47,404 bases of DNA, from the NCBI RefSeq assembly GCF_001194135.2, contig NC_068982.1:186466214-186513617 (forward strand), in the 5' to 3' direction. The notes under the pieces were generated by a model. It searched no databases. It was given only the letters and a program-made list of their open reading frames with translations, and had not been told where the DNA came from. The position numbers and the translations under genes are program-made. This DNA comes from Octopus bimaculoides (taxonomy: Eukaryota). Within the stretch, counting starts at the first letter, position 1, and the number at the start of each line of letters is the position of its first letter. Shown here one piece after another: positions 1-10,976 of the stretch.

Positions 1-77
1 ATCATCATCATCATCATGCTGCTGCTGTTTTGCTCTTGTTAATAATATTAATGTATTTTTTACGTGAAGAACCGGAA

Positions 78-262
78 GAAATACCTTTCCGGCTCTTTAT
101 GTTCTTGAGTTCCAACCCCACCGAGATAAACTTTGCCTTTCATCCCTCCGGGGGTCGATAAAAATAAATTAACAGCGAAATACTTGGGTCGACGCACTCG
201 ACTAACCCCCTCCCCTCAAAATTGCTGGCCCTGAGTTTCAAATCAGAAACTGTTGTTGTTGC
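78..262 (+). mobile_element. SINE family F, 5'-truncated and diverged
   Basis: Matches the F copies at 4919-5100, 27759-27978 and 38639-39000 (…ACTTTGCCTTTCATCC…GGGGTCGATAAA…CCCCTCCCC-CAAAATT…). Confidence 0.6.
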
Positions 263-306
263 TTTAACTAGCGAAATGTTTTTTTTTACTTCCGTGTATC
301 ATCATT

Positions 307-380
307 ATGATGATGATGATGATGATGATGATGGTGGTAACGGTGGTAACGGTGGTGGCGGCGATGGTGGTGGTGGTGAT
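307..380 (+). repeat. Compound (GAT)n/(GGT)n microsatellite
   Basis: Directly visible; explains the poly-D/poly-G ORF 222..419. Confidence 0.9.
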
Positions 381-820
381 CATAATGGCGATACTGAGCC
401 CTATGTGACCCAGGGCTAACAGAGGGCTAACTTGCCCTATGTGACCCAGCTCAAAGACGTTCTGTCCATGCCCTTATCGTCGATTCAGCCATGGAACACA
501 TTTTCTAATGCAACACTTAGTTTATGTCAAAGACTACACGTCGTGATTTGAGAGAGGTTTAGCTGCTATTTCTAGCTATTTGAGTGATTACGTAGAGGCT
601 CTGCTTCATTAGTGGAGGGGATGGCGGCGTAGATGTGTGTTTAAGATAGCAAGTTCGTTTAAAATGTCTATAAGATGCCGTCTTTTAAACTGTTTACATA
701 TAATAGTGATTTATTTTGAGTTTTTGTTGTTGTTCAGCCGCGAGTAGATTCTGATCCACCAGACACAATGATCAAAAGATTTCCAACCGTGACAAACACG
801 CCACCTATTCTAGATATATA

Positions 821-897
821 CAGGGTGTCCATAAAGTCCATTTACAATATAAGTTTTAAAAGTATGGAAGTTGCAAAGATAATTTATGGACACCCTG
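821..897. mobile_element. 77-bp Tc1/mariner-type MITE
   Basis: Perfect 15-bp TIRs CAGGGTGTCCATAAA / TTTATGGACACCCTG; TA duplication at 819-820 and 898-899. Confidence 0.85.
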
Positions 898-1118
898 TAT
901 TTTTAAAATCACACACACACACACACGCACAGTATTCTTAAACCAGAATATATTTGACTGTGATTTCGAAGTTTCGGTCAGTTCAGCCATCAATCGGTCT
1001 GTGTGAAGCTGACCAGAACTTCGCAGTCACTGTCAATGCTATTTTTGTACTCTACAGCAGTATAGAGTAACCCGTCAGGTTAAAGCAAAATTCTTTTTAT
1101 TACAGCTGAACATAAAAC

Positions 1119-1153
<35 letters not shown>

Positions 1154-1402
1154 TGATAGGTTATGATTTGAGAGAGATTGTTTGCTATTTCTAGCATTAC
1201 CTGAACCGTGTACAGAGGCTCTCGTTAGTCTGCTCTCTGTTAAGATAATAAAAATAACCTGTTGCCATGTTTTATTTTAATCTAACGTTAAGCACGGAGT
1301 ACTTTCGACAGGTGTGTGTGTGTGTGTTAATATATATGTATATCTAGCTATCTCTGTCAACATAAACATTTATACACACACATACACGTGTATATGTCTG
1401 TG

Positions 1403-1622
1403 TTCTTTTATTCTTTTTTTTTTGTTTCAGTCGTTTGACTGCGGCCATGCTGGAGCACCGCCTTTAGTCGAACAAATCGACCCCAAGACTTATTCTTTGT
1501 AAGCCTAGTACTTATTCTCTCGGTCTCTTTTTTGCCGAACCGCTAAGTTACGGGGACGTAAACACACCAGCATCGGTTGTCAAGCGATGGTGGTGGGGGA
1601 CAAACACCCACCCACACACACA
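1403..1622 (-). mobile_element. SINE family A, 3' module
   Basis: Reverse complement of the A tail (…CGCTTGACAACCGATGCTGG…GCTCCAGCATGGCCGCAGTC…) seen in full copies at 28085-28510 and 33495-33917. Confidence 0.85.
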
Positions 1623-2604
1623 CGTGTCAAAAGTACTCCGTGCAGAACGTTACTTTAAAAAAAAAAAAACAGCATATTTTTATTATCTNNNNNNNNNNNN
1701 NNNNNNNNNNNNNNNNNNNNNNNNNNNNNNNNNNNNNNNNNNNNNNNNNNNNNNNNNNNNNNNNNNNNNNNNNNNNNNNNNNNNNNNNNNNNNNNNNNNN
1801 NNNNNNNNNNNNNNNNNNNNNNNNNNNNNNNNNNNNNNNNNNNNNNNNNNNNNNNNNNNNNNNNNNNNNNNNNNNNNNNNNNNNNNNNNNNNNNNNNNNN
1901 NNNNNNNNNNNNNNNNNNNNNNNNNNNNNNNNNNNNNNNNNNNNNNNNNNNNNNNNNNNNNNNNNNNNNNNNNNNNNNNNNNNNNNNNNNNNNNNNNNNN
2001 NNNNNNNNNNNNNNNNNNNNNNNNNNNNNNNNNNNNNNNNNNNNNNNNNNNNNNNNNNNNNNNNNNNNNNNNNNNNNNNNNNNNNNNNNNNNNNNNNNNN
2101 NNNNNNNNNNNNNNNNNNNNNNNNNNNNNNNNNNNNNNNNNNNNNNNNNNNNNNNNNNNNNNNNNNNNNNNNNNNNNNNNNNNNNNNNNNNNNNNNNNNN
2201 NNNNNNNNNTGTGTGTGTGTGTGTGTGTATCACAGGCCTTTTTTTTCTTTCGACATTTTATAAAATTTTAATCTCAACTATGGGAAAATAAAAATAATTA
2301 ATTAATTAAATCTTGACATTTCTAAATCAATGCTGAATCTTTAAAAGGTCAATCTAGGTCTGCGTAATAGTGCTAATTAATTTAATTGACTGGTTAATTA
2401 ATTAACCAGCAACAACGGTGTTGACAGCTCATTGTTATTAAGTTGATCAGTCAGATGGGACTTGGCGTCCACGCTTGTTGGCCGCCAGTTACGGGGAGGG
2501 GGAGGAGGAGATGGAGACGAAGAGCTGCAGAAGGGGTTAGGGAGAGGAGAGGGAGTTAGAAGATAGAGAGAAGAGGAGTGAGAGTGGGAGTTAGAGAAAG
2601 TTAA

Positions 2605-2903
2605 GGCGCGTGGTTTAATGGTTAAGGTATTTGGCTGACGATCATAAAGTCATGAGTTCAATTCCAGGTGACGCGTTATGTCCTTGAGCAAGACACTTTA
2701 TTTCACGTTGCTCCAGTGTACTCAGCGGGCAAAAATGAGTTGTACCTGTAATTCAAAGGATCAGCCTTCTGTGTTCCTGAGAACTACGTTAAGGTTACAT
2801 GTGTCTGTGGAGTGCTCAGCTACTCGCACGTTAATTTGCCGAGCAGGCTGTTCTGTTGATCGGATCAACTGGAACCCTTGTCGTTGTAACCGACGGAGTG
2901 CCA
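2605..2903 (+). mobile_element. SINE family C, near full length, tRNA-derived head
   Basis: A-box-like TGGTTTAATGG, B-box AGTTCAATTCC, then TGTCCTTGAGCAAGACACTT core; tail CGTAACCGACGGAGTGCCA shared with 24485-24664, 30952-31103 and 34728-35016. Confidence 0.85.
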
Positions 2904-3723
2904 GACCGGAGAAAGGTTGAGATAAAGGGGAAGTGTGTGGGGAGAGAGGTTGAGAGAGGGAGGGATAGATAGAATGAGGGAGCGATAGGGAAAGAGAGAG
3001 AGAAGTGTACAAGGACAGAGGGACGGAGAATAAGTCTGTCCCCTGAAAAACAAAGGCTGCCCCTTAGAAGAGAACTCACTCATTCTGTCTCTTTCTATTG
3101 CCTTGCAACGAATGAAGTTCATTTCTGGATCTTTCGTAATCAGGTGGTCTTATTGACTGAGAAGAGAAGTTGTGATCTGCATGCTTTTCTTATGATTATT
3201 AACAAAAGAAGTGAATACATATCTATAAGCCTATAAGGGATCCTCTTTACGGTGACAGCCAAATCTTCAACTCTTACACCACAACAGCAACAACAGCAAC
3301 AAAAATGGAAGGGCTGATTGGATAACGTATCTTCGTATATTGTATGTCTGAAGAAAAGATGAGATGTTTTGAACTGTAGTTTTTCCGATCATATATCTAT
3401 TAGAACAGGACTGACCGAGGGTTACAAAACGACAGCGACTGCATCGTTATGTCTACAGGTACTAAATTAGTTTGTATTGTTTTGTTTTATCACATCTTTA
3501 CTGTGTAGTAAACCTAACAACACCATTGAAAAGCCACAGGGCGCGTTTGATATCCTATGTCAGTTTAGGCCACATATGTAGTTGTGAAGTTCTGAACCAG
3601 ACTTTAAATTTTGTTGATCCAACATTGAGAGAATCGAATGGCGATGGATGCCAGCCAAGAAACGCAGATGACAATGTTGAGCGAGAATTATTTGATTTAC
3701 ATACTATCTCTATGAACATATGG

Positions 3724-4139
3724 GCGATCTTTCGATACGAGTCCTGAATATCGGCCTTTTCCGAAAAAAGTGTCTTCGGCGATCTTTACCAAAGATCAGC
3801 CTTTTCCGTAAAATGTGTTGGAGAGAAACAAGGGAAACGACGTCATAAAAGCGAAAGACATACAGAGAGCGCGATTTATTTTGAAGGGTTTAGGGTTAGG
3901 GTTTGGGTTTTAGGGTTTGGGTTTTAGGGTTAGGGTTTGGGTTTTAGGGTTTGGGTTACGGAATTCGGTCCCTAACCGTAACCCTAACAGTAACCCTAAC
4001 CCTGACACTAAAACCGTAACCCTAACACCGTAGTGAAGATCGTGCGAGTGTTTCGGAAAAGGCCGATCTTTGGTAAACATCGCTGAAGACACTTTTTACG
4101 GAAAAGGTCGATATTCAGGACTCGTATCGAAAAGATCGC
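3724..4139. mobile_element. Foldback element: ~85-bp inverted arms around an inverted telomeric-repeat core
   Basis: 3724-3808 is the near-perfect reverse complement of 4054-4139; (TTAGGG/TTTGGG)n at 3885-3958 faces (CCCTAA)n at 3970-4026. Confidence 0.8.
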
Positions 4140-4918
4140 TGAAATAATAATGAAATTATGGGATTTCACTACCGTCACTTCGTAATATACTTTTACTTTC
4201 TAATAATACTAAACTGCATGTTGACCCCTATGTCCAACCTATTGCTAGCTTACTACGAGGGTCTCATTTAGTTTAAATAGTTTAAAAGTTCTTAGTATAA
4301 ATACCTTTTAATGGTTTTCGCTCGTTAACTCAACATTATCCAACTGCTTAGATTAAGCAAAACAATGTCGACAAGCATTTCATCCTTACATCGTTTATAT
4401 ATAATTCCTAAATATAAAAAAACAGAAAAAAATCTTAAGCTCTGTCGACAAACTCTACCCCTTAAGTAATTATGATAGCCACACTGCTGTTGACATGATA
4501 TTGTATTTAATATACTCGGTTCTTGTTTAAATTACTTTCATAATTCACTTTAATTAGATGTTTTCAATATTCTATTAAGTCCGTTTTCTGACTTGGAAGT
4601 TATTTGCCGAGGGAACTTTTTACTAGCGCTCTTCAGCGCCATTGTAGTTCTCCATTTTCTCGACAATTCCACTGCGGACATATACATGTATTTCCACATC
4701 GAGGTATTTGAAACTTTTTTCTTATATAATAGTATTTAACGAATTTTGATTTCATATGCCTTATACATTCCTCATACATACCATAAACTATTTTATTACT
4801 TTCAAGAAATATTGTTCCTCCTAATACTCTTTTAGTTTTCCATCGTGGTTTTGTCTTAGAACATTTGTTTTTTTAAGTTAGTGCAATGTCGCGAATCATG
4901 TTGACGTTGTACAATATT

Positions 4919-5100
4919 CTTTTCTACTCTAGGGCACAAGGCCCGAAATTTTGGGGGAGGGGGCCAGTCGATTAGATCGATCCCGAAAGGATGAACGGCA
5001 AAGTCGACCTCGGCGGAATTTGAAATGAGAAGGTAAAGACAGACGAAATACTGCTAAGCATTTCGCCCGGCGTGCTAACGCTTCTACCATCTCCCCGCCG
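4919..5100 (-). mobile_element. SINE family F with 17-bp target-site duplication
   Basis: TGACGTTGTACAATATT at 4902-4918 and 5101-5117 flanks an F consensus match. Confidence 0.9.
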
Positions 5101-5914
5101 TGACGTTGTACAATATTAATATTCTGTCGGACACGCTACAGCAAATTTGACAACTTAAATCTCAACATATTCAACAACTCGACTTAGCCATTACTTTTGG
5201 ATTTGCTTATTGCCCATCCTCGGGGAAATATCGATTTCTTACCGCTATTTATTTCCTATGAGTCTATCACACACATATACATTGATATATTGATTTCTGC
5301 TCACGATTTTATCACAATCTTCTTTCATGTTTTAAGGTCATTAGCATAAAACCGTTATATATTTGTGGTAACTAATATTCTATCATTTCAAATTTAGTCC
5401 AAATGTTTGCCTTTACTTTATTAATCAAAGGGATTGAAATATCGTCAGCAGCTAGATTTCAAGATATCTTCACAGGTTCTGTTGGAATATATTGAACTTT
5501 ATAACTATGCATGATTCTAACACCAAAGTTTATTTATTTATTTATTATCATTTTGTTTTCGTCAGTATTTAGAAATTACATAAAATGGTAATACCCCAAA
5601 TTTCGCTCTGAATGAGTTGACGATCTGGTTTGATTTTAAATCGAAGTCAATTGATTTCCCATAAACCACCGATGTCCTTGAGAAAACGCATAAAATATCA
5701 CACGCTCTCAGTTTCCTCCATTCGAATTTGTCGGAAAATGTCTGAAAAAAATCAATATTTATATTAAAAACTAACAGAGAGGACTGCAGAGGAGAAACGA
5801 TTTGACGTTGTATATTATGGCACGGCATTTATTATGTGTTAACACCATTTCAATGTCAAGGATGAGAGAAATGGTGGAACGTGGAATTAAATGGGGTGTA
5901 ATTATGATTATGAG

Positions 5915-6025
5915 GTTAACTTGTTCGCTTTGCAACCGCGTAGTTTCAGGTTCAATCCCACTGTGTGGCACTTTGTGCAAGTGTCTTTTACTGGAGGTTT
6001 TCGATTGACTAAAGCCTTGAAGATG
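5915..6025 (+). mobile_element. SINE family A head, degraded
   Basis: GGTTCAATCCCACTGTGTGGCACTTTGTGCAAGTGTCTT resembles the A head and core. Confidence 0.6.
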
Positions 6026-6072
6026 GACTGTCACAGATGACATGTGCTTAGCCCCCTTATACGTACGTACAT

Positions 6073-6114
<42 letters not shown>

Positions 6115-7400
6115 TATATATATATATATATACATGCAACATAAAGAATATTTCCCTTCTTCAGTTGTCCCTGTTCCATCTACTCTGCGTTTCAAAGGCT
6201 AGCTGATGTACCCAGTAATTCCCGGAGGTAAAGATGTTCTATTTAAACGCCTTATTACTCTGATATAAGAAAGCATTTTCGTTATAACTGCCATAAAAGG
6301 TGTATTTTCCATCACGAAAATGTACAAAAAACTGTCAACTGGAGGAGGGAGAGATTGCTGGAGGTTGGCGAGAGAGGTTTTCAGAGGTTGGTGAGAGAGG
6401 TTATATAAATATATGAATGAAGTGTTTGAAGAACGTGCAATAATAACGTTCACACTCGCCGATGGTCGCTCTCAGTAACTGCCTTTAGCTTACGGAGTCC
6501 TTGTTTTTATAACTATCGAAAAACAGCCAGAAGGATAGACATATTGAGAACAAATGATTTCGTTGGAGGTCTGTTATCTCCATTCCAGCCAGTGGTGGTC
6601 TAGAAGAGGTTAGAACGGTCAAGCGGCAAATACATTATTCTGCTTAGCGAAGGCATCTGGGAAATGTAACTGCTGTCATTCACAGAAAAACTATTGTTTT
6701 ACTGTGAGAAAAGCGCTGTTGAAGTGTTAAGTGAAATTTGGCAGTCGAGGATCGAATCCACGCTATGCCTGCACGAAGCCACTACAAATACGTTGTGGAA
6801 TAAAAAATTTATCTACAGCCATGGAAAAAGTGTAACTGTAAAAATGCAGAATTATCGGAGTAATGGGCACTCAAAAAAGTATGTATGTATAGAAATGTAT
6901 GAATGAAGTCTTTAAAGTTTACGATTCAAATTAAGGAAGTGCAATAATAATGTTTAGCAGTTAAAAACTGTGAGTAGTGAAATGCAGAATTAGGTTGGCT
7001 CATCGTGAGAATCAAATATTGATCGTTTCGCTAAAAACTGCAGGTGGTATGGGTTATTTCCCTTGGGTTATTTAAATAGAATATTAGTAATATGTAGTAG
7101 ATCCATTGGAAAAAATAGTTCCAACTCATGAGTCAAACCACTCACCAGATTATTTGGTTGGTGATTGTGCTGCGCGCGCGCACGCACTATNNNNNNNNNN
7201 NNNNNNNNNNNNNNNNNNNNNNNNNNNNNNNNNNNNNNNNNNNNNNNNNNNNNNNNNNNNNNNNNNNNNNNNNNNNNNNNNNNNNNNNNNNNNNNNNNNN
7301 NNNNNNNNNNNNNNNNNNNNNNNNNNNNNNNNNNNNNNNNNNNNNNNNNNNNNNNNNNNNNNNNNNNNNNNNNNNNNNNNNNNNNNNNNNNNNNNNNNNN

Positions 7401-8518
7401 CCAGCATGACTGTAATAAAAGAAAGAGTGGAGTTTCTTCTCTGAAGACCTTCTGCAGTTCAGCTCTCTTGGGAGTTTCTTAGCACTAGGAAGAGGATTTT
7501 CATAACCTGGTGTTTTACCATCAGATTCAGAGAACCACCTGTATAATGCAATCTACAGGTAATAAACATTGGTAACAGACTGAAACTTCATATTCAATTT
7601 ATGTTTTACAGGTGTTTGGTTTGGGCCAAGATAAACATTTCTAAACATTTGGTTATAATGATGTAGAATATTTGGTTAGTAATATGATCCTTGAAAACAT
7701 CACTAACTTCACTGTTATCATAACACAGGAAAAGATACACAGATCCCATATTTGGTATGAAGACTGCATGAATTTGTGGAACATCGTATAAGTTTGCTGT
7801 TGCTGAGTAAACGTTCTACTTGATGTGTTTGTAACCACAGTTATTGCACAGTGGTTTTCTTCCATGTTGTGCAGCTGGTGACTAACTTGTATTATATAAC
7901 TATCAACAGAACTTTGGTCGTCAGAGTACAATTCTGTTTAACTGCAGATATTTTGAAATAAGACTCTGCATTTCCTGTGTTTATTGATTGTGAGTGTGTT
8001 CCTGTATGTGATCAATGAATCAATGACTTTATCCAGTGTCAACTAATCACTTATATTGATCAGGTGATCAGCTTTTCTCAGATATCGGTTAACTTAGTAC
8101 CCAATGTGATTTTTTCCTCATCATTTCATCTGATTAATGGTAATCCTTACATAAGAGATGTTGTTTTTGGTCAGAATCATTTTATCGATTACCAGCCTTC
8201 ACACAACATTGTTTAATTTAAATCTATTCAACACTGATTTAGCTTTCATTGGACATTGTTATTAAAAGGATTAAAGTTTTTCTTTGAGTGGCTTTTTAAA
8301 ATTTTTATCATGTTCAGAGACAATCAATGTAGAACTGACTACATCTTTTCTTTTTTTACCACCACAATGATGGTAACTTTTATGGATTCCTTACTATCTT
8401 TTAGAGAGACTTTAGAAGCTAACCTGATAAGTTGTCGAAAGTTTTTCCAGATGTCTGTCAGATGAGTTGATTGTAAGTCTAGATGAGCGATTTGGGTCCA
8501 GCTAAGTGACATTGGTGC
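7401..8518 (-). mobile_element. Decayed Ty3/Gypsy LTR retrotransposon gag(-protease) remnant
   Basis: Minus-strand translation with stops and frameshifts gives, in the expected order: LDLQSTHLTDIWKNFRQ…, CPMKAKSVLNRFKLNN, DEMMR, LTLDKVID (8026-8043), zinc-knuckle half CNNCGYKH (7826-7849), and PVKHKLN (protease-like, ~7590-7615). The order matches Gypsy gag of the K02A2.6-like type as I know it. Confidence 0.6.
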
Positions 8519-9033
8519 TACTGAGAAATTTTAGGTACTGGTCCACAATTTTTTTAAGGTACTGATCCACAATTTTTTAAAAAGCAATATGGATATTGTT
8601 GAGTGCCAATGTTGAGGTATATGAATACTGCTGAGCAGATATGTATTCACTACAAGGACTTGCATAATTAAAAGCCTGAATCGCCATTTTCAAAGTAACA
8701 TCAGTTTTCCTATCAATTTCTTGTCTTGACAAACTTCTCTGTTGCACATAAACCAATTAACTTTCCAATTATAATTTTATCAAGAATCACACACAAGAAT
8801 TCATCCTTAAGGTTATAACAAAATTTTACAATTTCTGTGGCTTCTAAAAGAGCTTGAAGAGAAGGAAATGATTGGTAATTCCTTGTTGATAATTCAATAT
8901 ATCAGCTTCTCAGAAAATGCACTAATTTTTTTTCCTCCATTTTGCAGAAACAGATTTGAATTCTCTCCCTGAAGGAAGCATTAACTTTATTGCAGAAGTC
9001 AGTGAGCATAAATGTGGAACAAAATTTGCTTAA

Positions 9034-9255
9034 CCCTTTTGTTACCAATCTGGCTGAAACCTCCTCTAGCTCTGAAGTACAAATGTCTTGTTTTCATAAG
9101 TTTTGAATTAAAATCTTCCACCAAACCTTAGTCACAATTTATGTTCCTAACACTAGCTGAATGATAACCAAGTTATTTTACTAAATTCTCTGTTATATTT
9201 AAAATTAATTGAAAGAAACACAGAGCATCTCAAAATAAATATGGTAACAAAAGGG
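9034..9255. mobile_element. piggyBac-type MITE, copy 1 of a tandem cluster
   Basis: TTAA at 9030-9033; 14-bp TIR CCCTTTTGTTACCA / TGGTAACAAAAGGG; right TSD degraded (TAAC). Confidence 0.75.
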
Positions 9256-9278
9256 TAACATCACCATGATATTTTTAA

Positions 9279-9711
9279 CCCTTTTGATACCAACCCGGCT
9301 GAAACCAGCTCTGGCTCTGTAGTACAAATGTCTTGTTTTCATAAGTTTTGAATTAAAATCTTCCTTAGTCACAATTTATGTTCCTAACACTAGCTTAATG
9401 ATAACTAAGTTATTTTACTAAATTCCTTGTTACATTTAAAANNNNNNNNNNNNNNNNNNNNNNNNNNNNNNNNNNNNNNNNNNNNNNNNNNNNNNNNNNN
9501 NNNNNNNNNNNNNNNNNNNNNNNNAGCTCTGAAGTACAAATGTCTTGTTTTCATAAGTTTTGAATTAAAATCTTCCACCAAACCTTAGTCACAATTTATG
9601 TTCCTAACACTAGCTTAATGATAACTAAGTTATTTTACTAAATTCCTTGTTACATTTAAAATAATTGAGAGAAAAACAGAGCATCTCAAAGTAAATACAG
9701 TAATGAAAGAG
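9279..9711. mobile_element. piggyBac-type MITE, further copies split by a gap
   Basis: 9279-9441 and 9525-9711 repeat the interior of 9034-9255; TTAA at 9275-9278 and 9712-9715. Confidence 0.7.
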
Positions 9712-9970
9712 TTAAGAGGTGCAAACTAAGTTTTTCATGAGGATGTTTGAAGCATTTTCATTGCCCCTTATTCCTCTAAATTTTAAGGAGTGTGCTTGCA
9801 CCCCCAACAACCCCAGTTCTTGTGCATATGTCAGTGAGATAAGATAAATAGAATACATATCTTTCTACTAACTCAAAAAATTGATCTGTCATAAAAAGTT
9901 ATTTCTATTTATTCCAATGGCTAAAGGCTACAGGCCAATACTTTCGCAGAATTATGAGAATAAAAATAGG

Positions 9971-10180
9971 TGCAGGAGTGGCTGTGTGGTAAGTAGCTTG
10001 CTTCCCAACCACATGGTTCCGGGTTCAGTCCCACTGCATGGCACCTTGGGCAAGTGTCTTCTACCATAGCCTTGGGCTGATCAAAGCCTTGTGAGTGGAT
10101 TTGGTAGACGGAAACTGGAAGAAGCCCGTTGTATATATGTATATGTTTGTGTGTCTGTCTTTGTCCTTCTACCATTGCTT
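9971..10180 (+). mobile_element. SINE family A, head, core and start of tail
   Basis: AGGAGTGGCTGTGTGG A-box, GGTTCAGTCC B-box, CCTTGGGCAAGTGTCTT core. Confidence 0.9.
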
Positions 10181-10520
10181 AGATAATGCCTGATAGCATA
10201 TTGTATACTGGCCAAACCATGCTAGTTATGCCTCAGGCACAGCCTATCAGATGACATGAATGCTTGGGGTTACTAGCTGGCACAAGATGGTGTCACTAAG
10301 TAAGTTGTTATTACCTGACAGTGCTGCCAGTTGGCAGTTCCAAGCACTGCATAATATCATGTTTGTGTGTGTGTATAAGTATCTGATGATGCAGGCATAT
10401 TCTATGCACTTGCAATCATAAAGTAGAGCTAAACGTGGCTGTTGTTAAATACACGTAACTCCAACTAAATGTGCTGAGTGCTACTCTCTTTCATTTGTTC
10501 ACTTACTCATTCATCTGCCT

Positions 10521-10558
<38 letters not shown>

Positions 10559-10740
10559 GGCAAAAAGTATAATACAAAGTTGAGGTAAAAAAATGAATTA
10601 TATTAGGTTGATGCTCAGGAAATGAGAAATAAAGAAGGAACTACAGTTCTATATTTAAGAGATGAGGAATTATGTACATTATTTATATTATTTACATTAT
10701 TTACAATTGATGAATATTTGTCCTCATCTTGTTTGTTGTT

Positions 10741-10786
10741 AACTCAACGTTTCAGCTGATATACCCTCCAGCCTTCATCAGGTGTC
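10741..10786 (-). ncRNA. Minimal type I hammerhead ribozyme motif, core intact
   Basis: gacac CTGATGA a GGCTG gagggtatat CAGCT GAAA CGTT gagtt: conserved core, 5-bp stem II, palindromic ACGT stem III, stem I with one mismatch. Confidence 0.65.
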
Positions 10787-10930
10787 TTGGGAAATTTCAA
10801 ACCTGGGTTCTCATTCCTAAGGTATTTTTCGATGTTATTATTATTATTATACAGTTCTATATTTAAGAGATAAGGAATTATGTACATTATTTACATTTGA
10901 CGGATATTTGTCCTTGTCTTGTTTGTTGTT

Positions 10931-10976
10931 AACACAACGTTTCAGCTAATATACCTTCCATCCTTTGTCAGGTGTC
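10931..10976 (-). ncRNA. Hammerhead motif, degenerate
   Basis: gacac CTGACAA a GGATG…TAGCT GAAA CGTT gtgtt: G8>A and a stem II mismatch, so probably inactive. Confidence 0.45.

Noticed and set aside
398-449. 16-bp direct repeat GCCCTATGTGACCCAG spaced 36 bp
   Set aside because: Simple local slippage duplication; insert too short to be an element.
3885-4026. Ancient telomere-telomere fusion site
   Set aside because: Tracts are short, degenerate and enclosed by long inverted arms, which fits a mobile or foldback element better.
4200-5500. Possible decayed Penelope RT/GIY-YIG coding remnant on the minus strand
   Set aside because: Only vague similarity; no diagnostic motif survives in any frame.
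8580-9029. Second gag-like stretch (CYNLKDEFL…DKIIIG…TLKMAIQ)
   Set aside because: Suggestive but needs several frameshifts; too degraded to call.
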